From assembly GCA_049510295.1 (NCBI GenBank), contig JBEKZC010000014.1:1595-65594 (forward strand): a DNA stretch of 64,000 nucleotides, given 5' to 3'. The position numbers were made by a program, and so were the translations under genes. Under the pieces are notes generated by a model. The model saw only the letters and a list, made by a program, of their open reading frames with translations, did no database searches and was not told where the DNA came from. Source of the DNA: Verrucomicrobiota bacterium (GTDB lineage: Bacteria; Verrucomicrobiota; Verrucomicrobiia; Limisphaerales; UBA11358). Of the stretch, positions 10,114 through 19,293 are shown one piece after another (the stretch's first letter is position 1; each line of letters opens with the position of its first letter).

Positions 10114-11406
10114 ATGCGGTTGACGCAATTATTCAGTGCGCTGACGTCCAGGAATTATCGCCTGTTCTTCGCCGGACAGATCATCTCGCTGGTCGGCAAC
10201 TGGATGACGCAGACGGCGTCGCTGTGGCTGGTGTATCATCTGAGTTCGTCGGCGTTTCTGCTGGGGGTGGTCGGTTTCGCCAGTCAGGTCCCGATTTTCC
10301 TGCTCGCGCCGTTTGCCGGGGTCTGGGTGGACCGGGTCAACCGGCACCGGCTGCTGGTGGCCACGCAGGTTTGTTCCATGCTCCAATCCTTCGCGCTCGC
10401 GGCGTTCGCGCTCACGCATACGATCGCCGTTCCGCATCTGGTCATCCTGAGCCTGGTGCAAGGGGTCATCAACGCGGTGGACATGCCGTTGCGACAGACG
10501 TTGGTCGTGGAATTTGTCGGACGCAAGGAGCATCTGGGCAATGCCATCGCGTTGAACTCGTCGCTGTTCAATCTCGCGCGGCTGATCGGGCCGGCGGTCG
10601 CCGGGTTCGTCATCGCCGGATTCGGGCCGGGCCTGTGTTACCTGATGGACGGCCTCACGTACGTGGCGGTCATTGCCGCGCTGCTCGCGATGCGGCTGCC
10701 CGAACGTCCGGCGCGGCGGGTGCGGCAGCATCCGTGGATCGAATTGCGGCAGGGATTTCGTTACGCATTTGGTTTCGCGCCCATCAAGATGTTGATCGGG
10801 CTGGTGGCGGCCATGAGCGCGATTGGGTTTTCCTACACGGTGCTCACGCCTATCTTCGCGCGCGATGTGTTCCTGGGCGACGCACGCACGCTCGGTTATT
10901 TGATGTCGGCCTCGGGCGTCGGCGCGTTGAGCGGGGCGTTGTATCTCGGCTCGCGCACGACGATTCGCGGACTGGGCCGGATCATCGCGTTCGGCGGCGC
11001 GGCGATGGGCGTGGGGTTGATTGGTTTCGCGTCGTCGCGCTGGCTGCCGTTGTCGCTGGGCTGCCTGACGTTGACGGGCATGGGCGGGGTGCTGCTGATG
11101 GCGTCGAGCAACACGCTGATTCAAACGCTGGTGGACGATGACAAACGCGGGCGGGTGATGAGCATTTTCTCGATGGCGTTCACCGGCACCATGCCGGCGG
11201 GCAACCTGCTCGCGGGTTTCCTCGCCGCCGAATGGGGCACGACGGTGACGTTGACGGCGAGCGGCGTCATTTGCATCGTCATTGCGGGTTTGTTTTACCG
11301 GTCCATCCCGGTGCTGCGCGCGGCGGTCGCGCCCATGCTGGCGAAACTGGACCCGGCGGTGTTCGAACCCATTGTTCGTCCGGCAAGAGAGGGGAAAGAT
11401 GGTTGA
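10114..11406 (+). CDS. MFS transporter (EntS/MFS_3-like)
   Basis: About 12 predicted hydrophobic helices. N-terminus MRLTQLFSALTSRNYRLFFAGQIISLVGNWM is typical of this MFS subfamily. The ORF upstream of 10114 lies in repeat words and overlaps the AKR gene. Confidence 0.85.
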   Translation: MRLTQLFSALTSRNYRLFFAGQIISLVGNWMTQTASLWLVYHLSSSAFLLGVVGFASQVPIFLLAPFAGVWVDRVNRHRLLVATQVCSMLQSFALAAFALTHTIAVPHLVILSLVQGVINAVDMPLRQTLVVEFVGRKEHLGNAIALNSSLFNLARLIGPAVAGFVIAGFGPGLCYLMDGLTYVAVIAALLAMRLPERPARRVRQHPWIELRQGFRYAFGFAPIKMLIGLVAAMSAIGFSYTVLTPIFARDVFLGDARTLGYLMSASGVGALSGALYLGSRTTIRGLGRIIAFGGAAMGVGLIGFASSRWLPLSLGCLTLTGMGGVLLMASSNTLIQTLVDDDKRGRVMSIFSMAFTGTMPAGNLLAGFLAAEWGTTVTLTASGVICIVIAGLFYRSIPVLRAAVAPMLAKLDPAVFEPIVRPAREGKDG

Positions 11407-11493
11407 AGGATGAATGAAGAGGTGGGCAGATGAAATCGTAGCGGCTCCCGGCAGCGAGCCGATGAAGCGCCAGCAATTTCCGGGAACTGATTT

Positions 11494-11515
11494 GCGGCGG
11501 TCAGCCGACCGCCGC
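11494..11515. terminator. perfect 9-bp GC hairpin between convergent genes
   Basis: GCGGCGGTC-AGCC-GACCGCCGC, nested in outer arms TCGTAGCGGC and GCCGCTACGA. No clear U-run. Confidence 0.3.
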
Positions 11516-11523
11516 TACGATCA

Positions 11524-14082
11524 TTATTGCACGCCGACGCGGTAGAAGAACGGCCCATCGCCGACAGCGTTGGTGTCGGTGTAACTCGTTGTGCCCGCCT
11601 GACCGACAATGTTGCTTTGAATGGAGGAAAATGCCGTTTGCGCCGCCAGATTGGTGCTGCTTTGGAGATAATACGTTCGCGTGTTCACGCTTTGCCAGCT
11701 TACGACCAAACCTGATGGATTATTGGTGGACACCGGCGTCAACATGACCAGAACGGATGCGGGGTTGGTGGGATTTAAGCCGGCGATCCAATCTTGGTAA
11801 ACGTTCATTCCGGTGCCATCGTAATCCGCGTAATCCGCCGAGCCGTTGTTCGTCAGCCCATATTGCTGGAGCCAAGCATAGGAAATGACCGAAGCCGGAT
11901 TCTGGAATTCATACACGCCGATGTCCACGGTGCCACCGGAGATGCGCGGATTGCCGTCGAGGTCGTTGGTGGTGCTTACATAAGCATTGTTGCCGGAGTT
12001 GATGCAGGGGGAATTGGTCTGCAAATGAAAGTCACCGGCGGCAAGGTTCACAAAGGCAGGTTCATTGGTAATGTTTCCGAGACCGGAAACCAAAGGTGTT
12101 GTGTCGCAATAATTCAAATAATTCAAAGTGCCGCCTCCATAATTGGAGCCGTTTGGGGCAGAGTTGTAATAGACAATGGAATTGTAAAGTGTGCTTTCAT
12201 AAACTCCGCCGCCGGAATTCGCTGTGTTGCCGAGCACGGTACAATTATAAAGCTTGCTTTGGTAAGCGCCTCCGCCAGAACTCGAAGCCGTGTTACTCGA
12301 CAGGATGCAATTGTATAAGGTCCCGCCAATTACGCCGCCGCCGAAAGCGCCGGAATTATTTTCCAATGTGCAATTGTAAAACGTGCTTGAATCTCCGCCA
12401 CCACCGCTGCCCATTACAGAGAAAGCTGAATTACCGGTGAACGTGCAGTTGAAAGCTGTTCCTTGAATAATCCCGCCACCGAAACCATAAACACTGTTAC
12501 TCACGACGACACAATTGAAAAGACTGGCCGCCGCCGCCGCGCCCCCATACGATGCTTTATTATTCGCCAGTGTACTGTTGTAAACTGTTCCTCCGTAAAT
12601 TCCGCCGCCTTGTGAAACACGGCTGCCGTTACCGCCGAACACACAATTGGAGACTACGCCGCCCGTTTCGCACCACGCGTCGCCGCCGCTTTGTTCATTG
12701 ATGAGGTCTCCAGTGCTTCTTGTTCCACCATTGCTCAACGTGAAACCATTCAACACCGCGTTACCGCCGACATACACGCAGCGCGTTTGTGTTCCGCCGA
12801 CAATCATCGTTGATTGCGGCCCGTACAAACCGAGCAAGGTGATGGCATTCGTCAGCGCCACACGGTTTGCTTCCTGTCCGTAAATGATCGTGCTGCCCGA
12901 GTTATAAGTGCCACTTGATGCGACCACAATTTCGCCGTTTTGCGCCGCGCTCACCGCGTCCTGAATGTTTGTTGCCGCCGTGCTCCAATTCGTGTAAGGC
13001 GTCACCGGATTCGTGCTGTTCAAACTCACATAATGCACCGTTCCAGTGTATTGATTTTCGTAAGCGCCCATATCCACCGTGCCGCCAATGATGCGCGGGT
13101 TGCCGTCCAAATCCGTGCTGTCGGTGATGAAAGAATTATTTCCCGCGTTGATGCAGGGAGAGCCAAGTTGCAGATGGAAGTCGCCGCCAGCCAGATTTAC
13201 GAAGGCAGGTGGATTGGTGAAATTATTAGCGCCGGCAAAAGTGGCTGCAAACGACAGGCAACAGTTCGTATAGTATCCGCTGCCGCCGGCATCGGTGTTG
13301 GTATAATCACTGAAGTTGTAATACACGATGCAGTTTTTGAGGGTGCATCCCTCGACAGAACCGCTGCTGTAACCCGCGACCGAATTGCTGACCAGCGTGC
13401 AATTGATCAATGTGCAAAAACCCGCCGCCCCGCTCACGTAACCGGCGAAATTGCGGGTGAGCACGCAATTGACCAGCGTGCTTTCGTAAGCGCCACCGCC
13501 GTTGCCGATGTCGTTGTTGAGGGGTGCCGCCGAATTTCCAATCAAAGCGCAGTTCACCAGCGTGCCGTAACAAGCCCCACCTCCCTGATTGTAGGCCGTG
13601 TTGCCGGTGATCACGCAATTGGTCACAAGGCAATTTGTGGACTGGCAACAAACTCCGCCGCCGGAGCCATAATTCTGCGTCGCGCCGTTCGTGAGCGTGA
13701 ACCCGGACAATGTCGCGCCATTGTTCAAATACGCGCACCGCACCGCATTGGGGCCGTTTGTGGCCGCATCCCAGGCACCCTTGATCATCGTCACCGCCGG
13801 GCCATTGACGCTTTGCACGGTGATGTTGTTGAGCACATAAACGCGGTTCGAACCTGCAAGTGAATAGCCGCCGCATTGGTAAATTCCATTTGTGATCAAA
13901 ACCGTGTCGCCGCTTCCGGCGCGAAAAACCGCGTTCTGAATGTTCGTCGCCGCCGTCGCCCAACTCGTGTAGGGTGAAACGGGATTTGTGCCGTTTACAT
14001 CCACATAAAACACCGCCGCGGATGAATTGAGCGTGAAAGCCAGGGAACAAATGGCTGCCAATTGCAAAATGGACCGTTTCAT
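11524..14082 (-). CDS. secreted right-handed parallel beta-helix repeat protein (two tandem ~340-aa units) with C-terminal FYRV module
   Basis: Signal peptide MKRSILQLAAICSLAFTLNSSAA. Many NCxxxxN beta-helix turns. Two copies of PAFVNLAGGDFHLQ...DLDGNPRIxGGTVDxGxYE. Ends ...GPFFYRVGVQ. Confidence 0.8.
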   Translation of the reverse strand: MKRSILQLAAICSLAFTLNSSAAVFYVDVNGTNPVSPYTSWATAATNIQNAVFRAGSGDTVLITNGIYQCGGYSLAGSNRVYVLNNITVQSVNGPAVTMIKGAWDAATNGPNAVRCAYLNNGATLSGFTLTNGATQNYGSGGGVCCQSTNCLVTNCVITGNTAYNQGGGACYGTLVNCALIGNSAAPLNNDIGNGGGAYESTLVNCVLTRNFAGYVSGAAGFCTLINCTLVSNSVAGYSSGSVEGCTLKNCIVYYNFSDYTNTDAGGSGYYTNCCLSFAATFAGANNFTNPPAFVNLAGGDFHLQLGSPCINAGNNSFITDSTDLDGNPRIIGGTVDMGAYENQYTGTVHYVSLNSTNPVTPYTNWSTAATNIQDAVSAAQNGEIVVASSGTYNSGSTIIYGQEANRVALTNAITLLGLYGPQSTMIVGGTQTRCVYVGGNAVLNGFTLSNGGTRSTGDLINEQSGGDAWCETGGVVSNCVFGGNGSRVSQGGGIYGGTVYNSTLANNKASYGGAAAAASLFNCVVVSNSVYGFGGGIIQGTAFNCTFTGNSAFSVMGSGGGGDSSTFYNCTLENNSGAFGGGVIGGTLYNCILSSNTASSSGGGAYQSKLYNCTVLGNTANSGGGVYESTLYNSIVYYNSAPNGSNYGGGTLNYLNYCDTTPLVSGLGNITNEPAFVNLAAGDFHLQTNSPCINSGNNAYVSTTNDLDGNPRISGGTVDIGVYEFQNPASVISYAWLQQYGLTNNGSADYADYDGTGMNVYQDWIAGLNPTNPASVLVMLTPVSTNNPSGLVVSWQSVNTRTYYLQSSTNLAAQTAFSSIQSNIVGQAGTTSYTDTNAVGDGPFFYRVGVQ

Positions 14083-14242
14083 GGAAACCCTTTCTGGAAT
14101 TGTTGGCAGCTTATCCATCAACCCGTATTGATTCAATAGAAATATTTGCCGTTTGGCCCAAGGGCTTTGCGTTTGAGGGAGGATGGTATGATCGCCGCCG
14201 ATGGGAATCGGCGGATCCATTCCGCGTTTTTGAGCAGCGCGG

Positions 14243-15298
14243 CTACTTCATCAATTCGCGCTGCCAGTTCATCAATTCCGGCGCGTGTCGTTCCCAATCA
14301 CGGGCCAGATCTCCGAGCGTGGCGCGCGGGGCGATGAGTGTGGGGTCAATGCCCAGCTTGTGAGCGTGCGCGTCGCGGCGCCGCTCCAATTCGCGGTAAC
14401 GGCGCATCTCGGTTTCGGTGGGCCGGGTGGAATGATGCCGGACTTTTTCCGGATGCCGGTCGTGGGGCACCGCCAGTCCGGCCCGGATGGCCGCCACCAG
14501 GGTGTCGCGGCGGCGCGGCGACATCCGCGGCGGCAAAAGCGGCTCGACCGCCTGCCGCCCCACGGCGGCTTCGGCGAGTTCAACCATTTTTTCGTGGCTC
14601 AAAATAAAAAACGGCGGGCGGTTTGCGGCAATGGCTTCGGTTTCGCGCCATTGCCAAAGCTCGCGCATCACGGCCAGCGCGTGACGATTCAGCGCGTGGC
14701 TGCCTTTCACGCGCCAGACGGAATCACCGTCCACGACGGGTGGTTGTGAACATTCCTCAATCAATCGCATGCACGATTCCTGATGCCAGCCAAGGCGGTT
14801 TTTATTTTGGAGTTCAAGCTTCAGCTTGTCGGAAAGCGGTTTGAGGTGATGTGTGTCGTTGCGCGCGTAGGTTTCCATCCGTTCGGTGAGCGGACGCCGC
14901 GCCCAATCGGCCTTTTGCGAAGCCTTGTCCAGCTTCACGCCGAGAAATTTTTCCGCGAGCGAACTCAGGCCGAAATGCCGTTCGCCCAAAAGCCGCGCCG
15001 CGAGCATGGTGTCGAAAATGGTGCGCGGGACAAACTCGTGATGTTTGCGGAACAGGCGCAAATCGTAATCCGCGCCGTGCATGATGAGTTCGTGACCGGC
15101 CAGCGCGTCAAGCAGCGGGTCCAGGTTTGTTTTCGCCAGCGGGTCAATCAATTCGTCGCCGGCGGTCGTGCTGATTTGAATCAGGCAGACTTTTTCCGGA
15201 TAGGCATGCAGGCTGTCGGCCTCGGTGTCGAGGGCCAGCCAGGTCGCGGATTTCAACGTGGGGAGGAAGGCGGCGAGCTTTGCGTTGGTATCAATCAC
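14243..15298 (-). CDS. rnd: ribonuclease D (DEDD 3'-5' exonuclease plus HRDC domain)
   Basis: LALDTEADSLHAYPEKVCLIQIST exonuclease motif I, HGADYDL, and a C-terminal HRDC-like region. GTG at 15298 preferred. The ORF extends to 15427. Confidence 0.8.
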   Translation of the reverse strand: MIDTNAKLAAFLPTLKSATWLALDTEADSLHAYPEKVCLIQISTTAGDELIDPLAKTNLDPLLDALAGHELIMHGADYDLRLFRKHHEFVPRTIFDTMLAARLLGERHFGLSSLAEKFLGVKLDKASQKADWARRPLTERMETYARNDTHHLKPLSDKLKLELQNKNRLGWHQESCMRLIEECSQPPVVDGDSVWRVKGSHALNRHALAVMRELWQWRETEAIAANRPPFFILSHEKMVELAEAAVGRQAVEPLLPPRMSPRRRDTLVAAIRAGLAVPHDRHPEKVRHHSTRPTETEMRRYRELERRRDAHAHKLGIDPTLIAPRATLGDLARDWERHAPELMNWQRELMK

Positions 15299-15498
15299 GC
15301 TGAAAATATATTGGCTGGCGGGAAACGGGGAAGCGAAAAAGGACGGCGCATCCCGGTTTTTAAGGGAACTTCTGGTTCGATTTGAATTGAATAATCCGGT
15401 GATGACAGTGTAATAACTGAAAACCACGGCTGGCGGAGACCGCAGCGGGGGTCATTCCTGAAACACAATGGCCCCAAGCCGTTAAAAAGTAACATCTT

Positions 15499-18400
15499 AT
15501 GGCAACGATTGCGTCACTGACCATCGAAAAACAGCGGAGCTGGCTGCAGCGCGCGCTGCCGATTGCGACGTGGGTTGCCGGGGTGCTGGTGATCTTGACG
15601 CTGGTGGGGTATCTGGTCGTGACGAGTTCCGGTTTCATCAAACGCGTCATTCTGCCCCGCGTGAGCGCCGCGATTCACGCGGATGTCACCGTCACTGACA
15701 TCTCGGTCCATCCGTTCAGCAAAATCACGGTGCGCGGCCTGAAAGTGCAGGCGAAAGGACAGGAACCGGTCATCACCGCACCGGAAGTCCGCGCCAGTTA
15801 CAGCCTTTGGAGCATCCTCCGCGGCAAACCCCGCATCTCCGAAATTGTGCTCATGTCGCCGACGGTCAACCTGATCGAAAACCCGGACGGCAGCAGCAAC
15901 TGGGACGCGCTGCAGGCATCGGGGAAAAAGCCGTCTGAATCCAAACCGTCGCGGCCCGGCAAAACCTCGAAGCCGGCGCAAATTGAGGTGCGCAAGGCAA
16001 CCCTGAGCAATGCCACCTTTCGGAAGACTAAAAATTACCCCGGCAACCGCCGCGATTCCCTGGAAGTGGGAAACGTGAATGTGATGTTGGCCAGCTTGAA
16101 GAATGGGCAGTCCGGCACGCTTCAGTTGGGTGCACTTATCCAAATGGAGAACAACCCGCCCACCGGGCAGGCGGGACATTTGCAGGCCGCCGTGCAGGGC
16201 AATTATAATTTTACGTTGAGTGCCGACTTGAAACCCGCCCCCGTCACCGGCCAGGCGCGCCTGGATGTTTCGCGCGCCGACGGCGTGTTCAGCGACTTTT
16301 CCGGGTTCAGCGCCGTGCTGGATTGCGACGTGACACCGGCGCAAATCAAACAAGCGGTGTTGCATTTTCAAAGGGGCGGGACGCCGCTGGGCGAACTGGC
16401 CGTCAGCGGACCGCTGGACATGGAAAAAATGGAAGGCCGGTTGAAGGTGGAACTGCGGGGCATTGACCGGCGATTGTTGAACCTGGCCGGAGACGCGGGC
16501 GGGATTGATTTTGGCACAACCACAATCAGTTCCAGCAACGAAATCGAATTAACCAAGGCTGGCTCCATCATCAACGCCACGGGCCGGTTCGACGCGGGCC
16601 ATGTTCAATTGACACGCGCGGGGCAAACGACGCCCACGCTCAATCTCAATGCCAGCTACGCCGTCACGGTGGACGGCCCGGCGCAGATGGTGCTGCTCCG
16701 CGGGCTGAATGTGACGGGCACGCAGAACGGCAACCCGCTGCTGACCGCGCGCCTGACCCGGCCCATGAACCTGGTCTGGGGAAAGAACGCCAGCGGGGCG
16801 GGGGATTCCGCGCTCGATCTGGCCGTCACGGATTTGAGTCTCGCGGATTGGAAGCCGTTCCCCGGCAACGCCGCCGCCACGGGCAATGTGGATTTGACAT
16901 TGAAATTGTCATCGCAGCAGGGCGGCCGGCAACTCACATTCGATCTGGATTCGCGGATTGACAATTTCGCGGCCCGAATCGGCGGCAGTCAAACGGTTCA
17001 GGCGGCGGTGAGTTTGCATGTCCGCGGACAGGCGGTGAATTTCAAACAATTCAACCTGAGCGAATACCGGCTGCTGGTCCTCCGCCAGAATCAGTCGCTG
17101 GTCACCGCCACCGGTTCCGGCACGTATGACCTTGCGGGCGGGAACGCGGACATGCAGGTGGCACTGCAAGCTTTGCCGGCTGCGCTGTGCCAGGCCATTC
17201 CTCAACCGGGCATGAGCCTTTCGTCCGGCACCGTTGAATTGAAGGGACGCATCACCCAAAAACAGAACACGCAAACCATCACCGGCAAACTGGTGCTCGC
17301 CAATCTCACGGGACAGGCCGGCCAAAACCAATTCCGCAATTTCGGGAGCACCATGGACCTCGACGTGAGCAAAACGCCGGAGCAAATCCAAATCAACAAA
17401 ATCACGGGCAAATTGACCCAGGGCGGAAATGACGGCGGCACTTTTGAGATTGCCGGCAAATACAACACCGCGGGTGAATCGGCGCAACTGACCGCCAGCC
17501 TGTCGGGCTTCAATCAGAACGGCCTGCGTCCATTCCTTGAACCGCTGTTGGCGGACAAGAAACTCATCTCCATCGCCGTCAACGGCAACGCCTCCGTGCA
17601 ATATGATCCGGGCGGCAATTCTGACATCAAAGCCACGATGCAGGTGGCGAATCTCGTCGTGAACGACCCGCAACGGCAACTGCCCACCACGCCGCTGGAG
17701 GCCCGGTTGGAAATTGACACCGCCGTGAAAAAGCAATCAGCGGACATCCGCCAGTTTCAAATCACGCTCACCCCCACCAAACGGGCGCAAAACCAGGTCC
17801 GGTTGCAGGGACAGGTGGATTATTCGCAGCCGAACGCGGTCCGCGGGAACCTCAAGCTCGCCGCCGATTCGCTTGACGTGACCAGCTATTACGATTTGTT
17901 CGCGGGCGGTTCGAAAGGCAGCGGAAAACCGGCCGCGGCGGCGACCCAAACCGGACCGGATTCCACCAGCGCCGGCCAGGAACCGCCGGCAAAAAATTTC
18001 CCGCTGAAAAATTTCACCGTGGTTGCCGACATCGGGCGGTTCTATCTGCGCGAAATCGAGATAACCCATTGGCAGACGACAGTGAGCGTGGACGGTGGGC
18101 ACGTGACGGTGAAGCCATTCCAACTCACACTCAACGGCGCGCCCGTGAACGCCACGGCGGATTTAAACCTGGACATGCCGGGTTACAAATACGATCTGAC
18201 CTTGGGTGCCGACCGGGTTCTGGTTGCCCCGCTGGTGAATACCTTTATGCCCGATCGCAAAGGTCAGATGGGCGGAACCTTTACGGCCCAGGCAAAGTTC
18301 AGCGGCGCGGGCATCACCGGCGCGAGTTTGCAAAGGAACCTTACGGGGCAGTTTGCCGGCGGCGTTACCAACTTGAACCTGTCCGTGATGGACGTACACA

Positions 18401-18948
18401 GTGCCATCCTTAAAACACTGATTAATGTCATTGCCACCATCCCCCAACTTTTGAGCAGTCCGGAAAGCGCCATTGCTTCGCTGTTGGGCCAGGTGACCGG
18501 GCAAGGCGGCGGATTGATGGATGAACTTAAAAAGTCGCCCATCCAGGTGATCAACGCGCAAATCCGGGCGGGCGGCGGGCGGATTGATTTAACCTCGGCT
18601 TCGGTGCAAAGCACGGCTTTCAAAGCCGACGGCCAGGGTGGCATCGCCCTGGCCCAGGTGCTGACCAACTCCACCATCAACATTCCCATTGCCGTTTTTG
18701 TGAGCCAGTCCATTGCCAAACAACTCAATCTCGCTTCCGGCAATACTTCCGCCAGCGCCACTTATGTTCCTTTGCCGCAATTTTTGGCAATGAAGGGTAC
18801 GATTGGCAATCCGAAGGCGGACATCAACAAGGTGGCATTGGGCGGCATGGCGGTGAAATCCCTCAGCAGCGGTATTATTGGCACGGCCACCAACGGCGCA
18901 TCGCAGGTGGGGAACCTGTTGAACAGTTTGCTGAAGAAAGTAAAATAG
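15499..18948 (+). CDS. AsmA-family large envelope protein
   Basis: N-terminal TM helix, then an AsmA-like N-terminal region ([21 protein letters not shown]) and about 1100 aa of beta-rich sequence. Confidence 0.6.
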   Translation: MATIASLTIEKQRSWLQRALPIATWVAGVLVILTLVGYLVVTSSGFIKRVILPRVSAAIHADVTVTDISVHPFSKITVRGLKVQAKGQEPVITAPEVRASYSLWSILRGKPRISEIVLMSPTVNLIENPDGSSNWDALQASGKKPSESKPSRPGKTSKPAQIEVRKATLSNATFRKTKNYPGNRRDSLEVGNVNVMLASLKNGQSGTLQLGALIQMENNPPTGQAGHLQAAVQGNYNFTLSADLKPAPVTGQARLDVSRADGVFSDFSGFSAVLDCDVTPAQIKQAVLHFQRGGTPLGELAVSGPLDMEKMEGRLKVELRGIDRRLLNLAGDAGGIDFGTTTISSSNEIELTKAGSIINATGRFDAGHVQLTRAGQTTPTLNLNASYAVTVDGPAQMVLLRGLNVTGTQNGNPLLTARLTRPMNLVWGKNASGAGDSALDLAVTDLSLADWKPFPGNAAATGNVDLTLKLSSQQGGRQLTFDLDSRIDNFAARIGGSQTVQAAVSLHVRGQAVNFKQFNLSEYRLLVLRQNQSLVTATGSGTYDLAGGNADMQVALQALPAALCQAIPQPGMSLSSGTVELKGRITQKQNTQTITGKLVLANLTGQAGQNQFRNFGSTMDLDVSKTPEQIQINKITGKLTQGGNDGGTFEIAGKYNTAGESAQLTASLSGFNQNGLRPFLEPLLADKKLISIAVNGNASVQYDPGGNSDIKATMQVANLVVNDPQRQLPTTPLEARLEIDTAVKKQSADIRQFQITLTPTKRAQNQVRLQGQVDYSQPNAVRGNLKLAADSLDVTSYYDLFAGGSKGSGKPAAAATQTGPDSTSAGQEPPAKNFPLKNFTVVADIGRFYLREIEITHWQTTVSVDGGHVTVKPFQLTLNGAPVNATADLNLDMPGYKYDLTLGADRVLVAPLVNTFMPDRKGQMGGTFTAQAKFSGAGITGASLQRNLTGQFAGGVTNLNLSVMDVHSAILKTLINVIATIPQLLSSPESAIASLLGQVTGQGGGLMDELKKSPIQVINAQIRAGGGRIDLTSASVQSTAFKADGQGGIALAQVLTNSTINIPIAVFVSQSIAKQLNLASGNTSASATYVPLPQFLAMKGTIGNPKADINKVALGGMAVKSLSSGIIGTATNGASQVGNLLNSLLKKVK

Positions 18949-19171
18949 CTGGTCGGTGAAGAATCACCCGCGCAAAAGGTCGGTGACGATGGGCTGGTGA
19001 CTTAGGGACGACCAGCGACTTCCCGGCAAACTGAAGGCGCAAACCGGCGTTCGCTCGACCGAGTTTGACTTCGGGGCGAAGACCACAGCAAGGCACCGTT
19101 TTGAAACGATCGCACAGGTGGACACCAAACTGTTTTTCACGGGTCCAGTATGGTTGGTTAGGACTTCCTGA

Positions 19172-19200
19172 TTGCTTTCAACGCAGAATCAGGGTATTAT
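19172..19200 (+). promoter_or_regulatory. candidate sigma70-type promoter (TTGCTT-17 nt-TATTAT)
   Basis: Hexamers at 19172-19177 and 19195-19200, about 95 nt upstream of the hydrolase ATG. Confidence 0.3.
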
Positions 19201-19293
19201 AATATCCATCAGCCTGAATTTTTACGAAGTTACTGCTGTTGGGCAACCAAGGGGGAGGTGGCGTTCAAATTCTGAAGCAGGCTTTTGTTGTAT

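Noticed and set aside
14243-15427. A full 394-aa RNase D ORF including a 43-residue N-terminal extension
   Set aside because: The extension has no similarity to RNase D N-termini. A GTG at 15298 gives MIDTNAKLAAF..., which matches the usual distance to exonuclease motif I. The start remains uncertain.
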